Source: Candidatus Methylomirabilota bacterium (GTDB lineage Archaea; Thermoproteota; Bathyarchaeia; 40CM-2-53-6). From it: a DNA stretch of 64,000 nt. The DNA lies in assembly GCA_035524675.1 (NCBI GenBank), contig DATKOK010000147.1:351-64350 (forward strand), read 5' to 3'. The notes beneath the pieces are model-generated. The model was not told the origin of the DNA, made no database searches, and was given only the letters and a program-made list of their open reading frames with translations. This document shows, piece after piece, positions 1 to 8,753 of the stretch. Position 1 is the first letter of the stretch. Every line of letters begins with the position of its first letter. Position numbers and translations under genes: made by a program.

Positions 1-100
1 CCAAGAACAGGGCCCCTATGAGCTTCCTTTTCCCGCAAATGAACTCCGTTCTATCTTCTCTGATTTCCAACACATCTGCTTGAAGTTCTCCGGGATTCAA
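1..100 (-). CDS. Partial ORF of unknown function (5' part only, runs off the window)
   Basis: Open minus-strand frame from TTG at 100..98 to the window edge (LNPGELQADVLEIREDRTEFICGKRKLIGALFL...). The TTG overlaps the upstream TGA stop as TTGA. No recognisable motif. Confidence 0.25.
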   Translation of the reverse strand, partial: MNPGELQADVLEIREDRTEFICGKRKLIGALFL

Positions 101-1242
101 CTGAACCATCGGTTCATTCTTTCCATCAAGAATCGATTCTTTTCTTCGAATCCTTCGGTTGAGGGGGGTGCGATTTCCCAGGTGGGTGCAGGTTGACCAT
201 AGAAGTTAGCGCGAACAGGGGCCGCCATGCCAATTCCGGTCTCCATGAAACACACGCCTTCTCCGGTGAACCTTTCGGTCTCAGGTAAGCCCTTGATTCG
301 GCTGATTATGTTCTTGGCTACGACTGTGCCTTGTTCTTCCGCGAGTATTCCTGCTCGAGGCAACAGGGCTCCTTTCGGCGTCTTCGGCCCAGCGCAATCG
401 CCTATCGCAAAAACATCAGACGCGGTTGTGCTCAAGGTTGAAGGGTCAACCTTTACCCATCCTGACTGGTCGACGAGACCACAGTCTCTGAGGATTTGCG
501 GGACCACGTGGATAGGAATTGCTAACACCAGATCGTGAGGATATTCTCCGGTCTCGGTGAAGGTGCTGTTCTTGCGAATCTCACGGACTTTTTCTCCAGG
601 ATGGTAATCTATTTCCCGGTTCGTGAGCAAGTCAGTCAGATTCTTTCCAGCCTCTGGACCGAGTATCGTCAGGGGGTGTGGCTCTGGTGTAATCATCTGG
701 AGCTTGACATTCTTTCTGACCCCTCTGTTTCGGAGGACACCATCAATGATGAAAGTGGCCTCGTACGGCGCAGGGGGACACTTGAAAGGCAAGCCGCAAA
801 CTAGAATGGTTATGGTTCCGCTCTTAAATGAGCGCAGTAGATCCCTGATCTCAGAGCAGCCACTTTCAATGTACAGGTTCTTCGCATACCTATTGAGCCC
901 CGGTGTTGAATCAGTTGAATATTCTGCGCCTAACGCGACGATTAGGTAGTCATAGGATGTTTCTAGGGATCTAAGCCGCACTTTCTTCTTACTAGTATCG
1001 ATCCCGACTACTTCAGTCTCGATGAACTCTATCCCGCGGTTGTTTAGAGCTGTTCGATTTCCAGCGTTTTCACCAACACGCCTCGCGCCACTCAGTACCC
1101 AAAGTTTGGTTAACCCCATGAAGAATAACCGTTGTTTATCAATCAAAGTTACCTTATGCTCAGCTCCCAGACCTCGCCGAAGAGTGTCCGCAGCAGCGAG
1201 ACCACCAAAACCCCCACCCAAGATGAGTATGCGCTTCCCCAT
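97..1242 (-). CDS. FAD-dependent pyridine nucleotide-disulfide oxidoreductase, sulfide:quinone reductase / flavocytochrome-c sulfide dehydrogenase-like
   Basis: 381-aa ORF. N-terminal Rossmann motif ILILGGGFGGLAAA, internal FKCPPAPYE redox-Cys motif, C-terminal FAIGDCAG FAD motif. Confidence 0.7.
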   Translation of the reverse strand: MGKRILILGGGFGGLAAADTLRRGLGAEHKVTLIDKQRLFFMGLTKLWVLSGARRVGENAGNRTALNNRGIEFIETEVVGIDTSKKKVRLRSLETSYDYLIVALGAEYSTDSTPGLNRYAKNLYIESGCSEIRDLLRSFKSGTITILVCGLPFKCPPAPYEATFIIDGVLRNRGVRKNVKLQMITPEPHPLTILGPEAGKNLTDLLTNREIDYHPGEKVREIRKNSTFTETGEYPHDLVLAIPIHVVPQILRDCGLVDQSGWVKVDPSTLSTTASDVFAIGDCAGPKTPKGALLPRAGILAEEQGTVVAKNIISRIKGLPETERFTGEGVCFMETGIGMAAPVRANFYGQPAPTWEIAPPSTEGFEEKNRFLMERMNRWFS

Positions 1243-1556
1243 GGCCTGTCAGTAGTTAGTTGAGTTGACAAGGATTTAGATACATTGCTGAGTGCAGAGC
1301 AAGACACCTGCCCCAACATCCGCCTTAGAACAGTCAGTTTCAGTCTGCAGATTACGACCTTAGCGTAAATGCCTGTTTAATGCGAAGTTGTGACTTTGGA
1401 TGTACGGATGAAAGGTATCGTCTTATCACCGTGAATTGGGCGGTCGTCGCTCGTTTGAGTTTTTCTGGGGAGTCATTCCTTCGAGCACGCGTGCTGCGTC
1501 TAAAATGTCACAAGTATCTATGACCATACGGCTGGGTCCCCTCAGCACCCGCGTAA

Positions 1557-1640
1557 TGGAACGTTCCGGAACGCCGTGGAACGTTCCAGCGCTCAGAAAC
1601 GTTCCAAAACGGAACAATCGTTCCATGGAACGGAACGGCA
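1557..1640. repeat. Dense array of about 10 GGAAC/GTTCC half-sites, including two copies of the palindrome TGGAACGTTCC spaced 20 bp apart
   Basis: Read directly: tggaacgttccggaacgccgtggaacgttccagcgctcagaaacgttccaaaacggaacaatcgttccatggaacggaacgg. Lies in the 700-bp gap between two minus-strand genes. Confidence 0.8.
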
Positions 1641-1754
1641 CAATCTGAACCCTCGACGCTGACACTAAACCCGATACCGGTCATAACCTACGCAGGACCA
1701 CACCAGCCCCTTCCTCCGTCATGATTCAGTACGGAAGCGTAAACGTCAAGAAAT

Positions 1755-1778
1755 GCGTAAATTTACGTAAATTTACGT
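1755..1778. repeat. Overlapping AT-rich palindromes CGTAAATTTACG x2 (ACGTAAATTTACGT is a perfect 14-mer)
   Basis: Read directly: gcgtaaatttacgtaaatttacgt. Further ACGT-core palindromes occur nearby (aaaacgtttt at about 1833, caacgttg at about 1894). Confidence 0.8.
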
Positions 1779-1948
1779 CAAAATAAAACGATTGAATTAC
1801 AGCATCGCGATTCCAGATGTTAAGGACTACACAAAACGTTTTGCGGACATCGATCTTTTTGATTAACCTCCGTTCATGAAATTTCGATGAGGTCAACGTT
1901 GCGACGTATGATAACGGTTAGTAATGATGAACCCGGCTCTCCTAATAG

Positions 1949-2683
1949 TTAACCTGTGTTCGCGAATTGAGCGTCCTTCAATTCAATCAGTCCCGAATTC
2001 ACCTTGATGTACTGTTCGTAATGATTGGGTTTAGGCGGCCATCCTTCTGTCATGTATTGAATGAATTCTTCTCGTGTTTTTGCTTTCAGTGCTGGGTTTG
2101 TTCGACGCTCGAGCCCGATTGTGGATGAGTTATCGCCTGACACAAAGTGGGCTTTCCCAACATGACCAGGCATTAGTTCCACCCGATCGTCAAGCCTAAG
2201 CAGCTTGTTGAAGATCGAGTCATACAGCTGGCTCGGATCACCTCTACCAAGATCAGTACGACCCACATCTCTGACTAGGAGCGTGTCACCAGTCAAGACC
2301 ACTCTATCCTCGACGAGAAGGCAGACATGCTCAGGTGCATGGCCAGGAGTATGAAGAACCTGAATCTTCAAACCCGCTATCTCATATTCCCTCTCTACTA
2401 GAGGAAGAAACGGGAACTTGACAGGACTTGTTCCGTACATGTAGATTGGGCAAGCCTTGAGTTTCTGTAATTCGCGACTGCCAGAAACATGATCCGCGTG
2501 CACATGTGTGTCGAGAACACCCACGAGTTTGCCACCTTCCTGCCCAACCTTCTTCAGGAAACGTTCAACATCATTCAATGGATCTACAAGCATGAACTCC
2601 TGCCCGGAACCGACCAGGTATGAACAGCATCCAGAATCTCCGGCAACCATTTGCAACAGCAAGTAGTGCACCAACTGACGCAT
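1949..2683 (-). CDS. Metallo-beta-lactamase-fold hydrolase (glyoxalase II / persulfide dioxygenase-like)
   Basis: 244-aa ORF with the HxHxDH motif (THVHADHVSG) and LHTPGHAPEH, typical of the MBL superfamily. Confidence 0.75.
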   Translation of the reverse strand: MRQLVHYLLLQMVAGDSGCCSYLVGSGQEFMLVDPLNDVERFLKKVGQEGGKLVGVLDTHVHADHVSGSRELQKLKACPIYMYGTSPVKFPFLPLVEREYEIAGLKIQVLHTPGHAPEHVCLLVEDRVVLTGDTLLVRDVGRTDLGRGDPSQLYDSIFNKLLRLDDRVELMPGHVGKAHFVSGDNSSTIGLERRTNPALKAKTREEFIQYMTEGWPPKPNHYEQYIKVNSGLIELKDAQFANTG

Positions 2684-2721
2684 CTGGGATGGCGCGATAT
2701 TTGAGATTGCACCGCGTTATC

Positions 2722-2890
2722 CTAAGGATCTGTTCGAGTGTTCCTTGAGATCTCGTTGCCGTCGGGATCCTTCAGAATCTCCATTTAGCCCCAGCTCGTG
2801 CTTGTGAATTCCAGTGAGAACTCTGCTCCATTCTTCCTTAGCACAGCGTATGCTTCTTCCATATTTGCGGAGTCGCTGGGATGATTCTCC
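2722..2890 (-). pseudogene. Degraded C-terminal fragment of a second VOC/glyoxalase-domain gene
   Basis: Minus-strand translation gives ...DSANMEEAYAVLRKNGAEFSLEFTSTSWG-stop(TAA, 2787..2785)-MEILKDPDGNEISRNTRTDP-stop. The pattern xWG..x..DPDGNxI is the usual VOC C-terminal signature. The frame is broken upstream and has no credible start. Confidence 0.45.
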
Positions 2891-2959
2891 CGGTTTTCTC
2901 GTCTAGGTTCACTACGCGAACTTCTGTATATCGCATCTAACGTGGCACGAGGGTTTGCT

Positions 2960-3337
2960 TCAACGCTTACTTGTGTCGACTATGCAGAAGAGATTGCCAT
3001 CGGGATCCTCGAGGACGATGAAGTCGTCGTCCGGATCGTACGTCTGAGGATGGCGTTCAGCTCCAAGATCGAGCAACCTCTTCACTTCGCCCTCTGGCTC
3101 GTTAGTGTAGAGGTCAAAATGGAGCCAGTTCCTGCCAACTAGCCTCTCCGAGACTGAAACCTGATTCAAAGATACGTTCGTGTTCCTTCCGACCGGGTCT
3201 CGAAGAATGGCCCATCCCTCGTTGGCTGGCGCGGTTGAGACGTAGTGGAGCGCTTCCTGCCAAAACGCCAACATCTCGTCGAAGTTGATGCAATCAATGA
3301 CAACGGAGCCAATCTTCAATCCCGACTTCGCGTCCAT
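2960..3337 (-). CDS. VOC family (glyoxalase/bleomycin-resistance/dioxygenase fold) protein
   Basis: 125-aa ORF. VIDCINFDEMLAFWQEAL and LEDPDGNLFCIV are typical VOC N- and C-terminal motifs. Confidence 0.75.
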   Translation of the reverse strand: MDAKSGLKIGSVVIDCINFDEMLAFWQEALHYVSTAPANEGWAILRDPVGRNTNVSLNQVSVSERLVGRNWLHFDLYTNEPEGEVKRLLDLGAERHPQTYDPDDDFIVLEDPDGNLFCIVDTSKR

Positions 3338-3449
3338 CTCAGGTCACAAGATGCTAGATAGAAAATCTCTTTGAATAAAACATCTATCCGTCTGAGACGG
3401 CTTCGTGAGTGGCGAGGTGGCGCAAGCAAGAATGTGATTTATCATAAAT

Positions 3450-3610
3450 TGGTGCGGCCGCCGGGATTCGGACCCGGGTAACCTCGTTGTGAGGCAACAT
3501 TGAGGCTTGGGAAGCCCCCGTCATAGACCAGGTTGTCCTTCACGCGGGAAACTGGACCACGGCCTAGTGGAGGATATCTCTCGCACTCTGATGCCAGCCT
3601 TATCGACCGC
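3450..3610 (-). tRNA. tRNA-Gly(CCC)-like gene, 161 nt, with about 83 nt of extra sequence in three blocks (putative introns in the acceptor stem, D-loop and variable region); CCA encoded
   Basis: The minus strand ends CCGGG-TCCGAAT-CCCGG-CGGCCGC-A-CCA (T arm, 3' acceptor, CCA). Upstream, GGCCG-TG-GTCCAG...CCTGGTCTATGAC-G-GGGGC-TTCCCAA-GCCTC matches the archaeal tRNA-Gly 5' half, D arm and a CCC anticodon stem-loop. The first acceptor bases GCG(G) lie about 44 nt further upstream at 3610. Confidence 0.6.
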
Positions 3611-3711
3611 AATGAGGATTGCATGAACTCTGAATAAAAGTGTCACGACTTTTGAAATCATTCGTCTACGAATGCTGGGTAGGTTGTGCGCGTTGGCCAG
3701 TTGTCCCGATG

Positions 3712-3716
3712 AAAAA
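3712..3716 (-). terminator. T5 tract downstream of the aEF-2 stop (archaeal oligo-T terminator candidate)
   Basis: Minus strand after the stop reads cacccacccccccATTTTTc, about 16 nt downstream of the stop. Confidence 0.35.
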
Positions 3717-3731
3717 TGGGGGGGGTGGGTG

Positions 3732-5852
<2,121 letters not shown>

Positions 5853-5855
5853 ATT

Positions 5856-5882
5856 TTCCGGACGTAGGTTTACCTACGGCTT
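5856..5882 (-). other. 27-nt in-frame cassette interrupting aEF-2 (AAG CCG TAG GTA AAC CTA CGT CCG GAA), containing a UAG and a 6-bp hairpin
   Basis: Removing it joins ...EQIR to NMGIIAHVDHGKTT collinearly. The hairpin CGUAGG-UAAA-CCUACG embeds the stop codon. Identical CCG codons flank the UAG-to-hairpin segment. Confidence 0.7.
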
Positions 5883-5945
5883 ACGGATTTGCTCCTTGTT
5901 CGCAATGATCTTCTGGATTTCAGCTGTGCTCTTGTAACGTGGCAT
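5883..5945 (-). CDS. fusA: aEF-2 N-terminal segment (MPRYKSTAEIQKIIANKEQIR), same frame as the main body
   Basis: An ATG at 5945 preceded by gagtgaaa opens a 21-codon stretch. It matches the conserved aEF-2 N-terminus in sequence (MPRYK...) and in spacing to the RN(I/M)GIIAH strand. Confidence 0.7.
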
Positions 5946-5992
5946 TTTCACTCAACTTTCCGCGAAATTGTGATGGCATCATAACTAGATCT

Positions 5993-6000
5993 CATTAAAG
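5993..6000 (-). promoter_or_regulatory. TATA-like box (cTTTAATga) about 50 nt upstream of the aEF-2 ATG at 5945
   Basis: AT-rich hexamer on the minus strand at the expected distance. It supports transcription starting upstream of the N-terminal segment. Confidence 0.3.
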
Positions 6001-6097
6001 TATTGCTGTTGAAGATCTTTGGGCAACAGGAATGCGAAGAAAGGAGAAAAAGGCAGGTATCTATCTAGCTTGCCTGCAGCTTCTGATCAGGTGTCGT

Positions 6098-7135
6098 ATG
6101 GAGTTGGGATTCAACCTTGCCCCCTTAGCGGTTAAACAACGTCTTACGCTGAACGATCTTTGGGGGAGAGTTCTTGCCGTTGACGCGAACAACATGCTTT
6201 ACCAGTTCTTGGCTCTGATTAGAATGCGTGACGGTAAGCCATTTACCGACGCTTCAGGGCATGTAACGTCACATTTGATAGGCCTCATCTTCAGGACAAC
6301 TCGATTACTCGCTGAACACAATATTCGACCGGTCTTCGTGTTCGATGGAAAACCACCAGCGCAGAAAATGTCGACTCTCAAAGAGCGGAATTTGACTCGA
6401 GCCAAGGCCCGAAGAGAATATGAACTCGCCGTCGGACGCGGTGACTATGCTGCTGCATGGTCAAAGGCCGTGCGCATGGACTCCTTGACTCAGGAGATGA
6501 CTGGAGATGCTAAGAGGGTACTATCGCTACTTGGCATACCCGTTGTGCAGGCGCCTCAAGAGGGTGAGGCGCAAGCGGCACACATGGCTCGACGTGAGGA
6601 TGTTTGGGCCGCCAACAGTCGCGATTATGATGCAGTACTATTCGGTGCGCCTCGATTAATCCGCTACCTGACGATAACGGGTCAAGAGTATTTGCCGAGT
6701 AGCGGAAATTCGAGGCCACTTATACCCGAACTAATAGACCTTCGGAAGATGCTAGCTGTATTGCAGATTACGCAGGAGCAACTTGTTGACTTGGCTGTAC
6801 TGGTTGGAACCGATTTCAATGCGGGTGTTCGAGGAGTCGGACCTAAGACTGCGTTGAAGTTGATTCAGAAACACAAAGCACTGGAGAACTTGCCGACAGG
6901 AATCAAGGGAAAATTACCGCAAAATGTTCAGGAAATTCGCACATTGTTTTTTCATCCACAGGTAACGAACGATTATGATCTGCGCTATTCAGCGGTTGAT
7001 GAAAAGGGGCTCGTTCAATTCCTTTGCGTTGAGCGAGGATTTGCAGTTGATACGGTCAACATTGTCATTGAGAGAATGCGCATCTTCAATGCTAGAGAGG
7101 CTTCGAACTTGAGCTCTTGGCTTAGTCCTAGATGA
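6098..7135 (+). CDS. fen: Flap endonuclease 1 (FEN-1)
   Basis: VLAVDANNMLYQFL, HLIGLIFRTTRLL and PVFVFDGKPP are XPG-N/I motifs. Start moved to ATG 6098 (MELGFNL...) to match FEN-1 N-termini. Confidence 0.9.
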   Translation: MELGFNLAPLAVKQRLTLNDLWGRVLAVDANNMLYQFLALIRMRDGKPFTDASGHVTSHLIGLIFRTTRLLAEHNIRPVFVFDGKPPAQKMSTLKERNLTRAKARREYELAVGRGDYAAAWSKAVRMDSLTQEMTGDAKRVLSLLGIPVVQAPQEGEAQAAHMARREDVWAANSRDYDAVLFGAPRLIRYLTITGQEYLPSSGNSRPLIPELIDLRKMLAVLQITQEQLVDLAVLVGTDFNAGVRGVGPKTALKLIQKHKALENLPTGIKGKLPQNVQEIRTLFFHPQVTNDYDLRYSAVDEKGLVQFLCVERGFAVDTVNIVIERMRIFNAREASNLSSWLSPR

Positions 7136-7139
7136 GATT

Positions 7140-8753
7140 ATGTCCCAGACTCATTTCTCCGAGTTCGCGAATGCATGTCGACGGATTGAAGCAACTAGTA
7201 AGAGGAAGGAGAAAGTTGAAGTCCTGGCAAACTTCTTGCGCTCCCTGCATCCTCATGAAGTGATTCCGGCTGTAACCTTCTTCACAGGACATGCTTTTCC
7301 AGGAGCGGACGAACGAGTGCTCGATATTGGTGGCCAGACTATCTGGAAGATGGATCGAAAGAGCAACCAATCAACGTTAGTTAGCCGACCAGCGACTCTA
7401 TTAGATGTTTACGAAACCTTCGATAGGGTCGCCAACGCCACTGGTTCAGGCTCCCGCCAGAGGAAGGAGACTCTTGTGGAAACACTCTTGGGACGTCTTG
7501 GAGCTTCCGACACCGAATACTTGCTGAGAATAATTTTTGGCGAGATGCGCATTGGTGCGGTAGAGGGTGTAATGCTCGATGCTATCGCGGCTGCTAGCGG
7601 CATTCAGCTAGATGATGTTAGGCGAGCGTACATGTTGCTGGGTGATCTCGGGCGTGTCGCAAAGTTATCGATGACTGAGGGCCATGCGGGGGTCCATGCG
7701 GTCCGTGTAGAAATATTCGTGCCGATAAGGCCAATGCTGGCTGAGATGGCGCAGGACGTTGAGGAAGTTTTCAGGGAGCACGGAGGAATCACAGCTCTCG
7801 AATACAAGTATGATGGGGCAAGAGTTCAACTCCATAGAAAAGGGGGAACCGTCAGAATTTTCAGTCGCAGACTCACAGACGTGACTGATAGCCTGCCGGA
7901 CGTTGTTAGGGTAGCTAAGGAAGAGATTGATGCTCGGGCGAGAGAGTTCCTCGTGGAAGGCGAAGTCGTGGCCGTGGGAGAAGGCGGAAAGCCATATCCG
8001 TTCCAGGACTTGATGAGGCGTTTCAAGCGCGTGCATGAGGTTAAAACGATGACGACGCAGATACCGCTTAGACTTCATTTGTTCGACATCGTGCATCTGG
8101 ACGGTAGGATGCTCATAGATGCGCCTAATGAAGAACGGTGGGAGATTCTCCAGAATCTCGTCCGGCCAGACTTACTAGCCACTCGAACCGTGAGTTCGAA
8201 AATAGGTGATGCTAAGGAGTTGTTGCAACAAGCGATTCTCGCGGGACATGAGGGAATAATGGCCAAGGATTTGAAGAGCAGTTACACGCCTGGCGTGCGC
8301 GGGAAGAAATGGTTCAAGATTAAACCCGTCGAGACGCTTGATGTCGTGATCGTAGCTGCAGACTGGGGATCTGGAAGGAGGGAGGGATGGTTGAGCAATT
8401 ACCATCTTTCAGTGCGAGACGCGCAAACAGGGGACTATTTGCTGGTGGGGAAGACGTTCAAGGGCCTGACTGATGAAGAGTTTTCGATGATCACTGAAAA
8501 GCTATTGTCATTAAGAATTCGGTCCACCGAGTACACTGTCTATGTTAAGCCTTCGATTGTTGTTGAAGTGGCGTTCAACGAGATTCAACGAAGTCCACAC
8601 TATCGGTCAAGGCTCGCTCTTCGTTTCGCTCGTATTACTCGTTTTCGAGAGGACAAACGCCCGGAGGATGCTGATACACTGAGTAAACTGAACGCTCTTT
8701 ACGAAAATCAGTTTAGGTTCAAGGCAAAGGCAGACTTCGAGGCTAACAGATGA
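7140..8753 (+). CDS. lig: ATP-dependent DNA ligase
   Basis: Adenylation motif I EYKYDGARVQLH, plus EGIMAKD and KWFKIKP motifs. 537 aa. Confidence 0.95.
   Translation: MSQTHFSEFANACRRIEATSKRKEKVEVLANFLRSLHPHEVIPAVTFFTGHAFPGADERVLDIGGQTIWKMDRKSNQSTLVSRPATLLDVYETFDRVANATGSGSRQRKETLVETLLGRLGASDTEYLLRIIFGEMRIGAVEGVMLDAIAAASGIQLDDVRRAYMLLGDLGRVAKLSMTEGHAGVHAVRVEIFVPIRPMLAEMAQDVEEVFREHGGITALEYKYDGARVQLHRKGGTVRIFSRRLTDVTDSLPDVVRVAKEEIDARAREFLVEGEVVAVGEGGKPYPFQDLMRRFKRVHEVKTMTTQIPLRLHLFDIVHLDGRMLIDAPNEERWEILQNLVRPDLLATRTVSSKIGDAKELLQQAILAGHEGIMAKDLKSSYTPGVRGKKWFKIKPVETLDVVIVAADWGSGRREGWLSNYHLSVRDAQTGDYLLVGKTFKGLTDEEFSMITEKLLSLRIRSTEYTVYVKPSIVVEVAFNEIQRSPHYRSRLALRFARITRFREDKRPEDADTLSKLNALYENQFRFKAKADFEANR

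Noticed and set aside
1426-1665. 79-aa (-) and 70-aa (+) ORFs overlapping the GGAAC array
   Set aside because: They are mutually antisense. Their unusual composition is a direct product of the palindromic repeats (repeated ERS/GTF/NVP peptides). Neither has a start context or any homology pattern.
1550-1900. Calling the repeat/palindrome region a replication origin
   Set aside because: Only one-sided repeats are present and the AT-richness is modest. The spacing of the TCCA/GGAA dyad differs from known ORB elements, and no orc1/cdc6 gene is in the window. It is kept only as an alternative hypothesis within the findings.
3612-3633. C-box-like ATGAGGA followed 11 nt later by CTGA, next to the tRNA
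   Set aside because: No C'/D pair and no terminal stem could be found on either side.
3715-3730. G-run (GGGGGGGTGGGTG) as a G-quadruplex element
   Set aside because: There are only two usable G-tracts. It is better explained as the C-rich segment preceding the T5 terminator of aEF-2 on the minus strand.
5874-5876. TAG decoded as a sense codon (e.g. pyrrolysine) in this organism
   Set aside because: TAG terminates well-conserved genes at their expected ends in this window (tfb at 22375-22377, the dph6-like gene at 9449-9451). No pyl genes were seen.
5856-5890. Canonical bulge-helix-bulge (tRNA-endonuclease) intron in aEF-2
   Set aside because: The best BHB-like fold has outer helix UCCG/CGGA, 3-nt bulges UAA and CUA, and central helix GCCG/CGUC with a C.U mismatch. 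It would excise 16 nt, which shifts the frame into a nearby stop. No 4-bp helix pairs the start of the 27-nt cassette with the start of the downstream exon. Canonical BHB splicing is therefore not supported; a relaxed motif cannot be excluded by eye.
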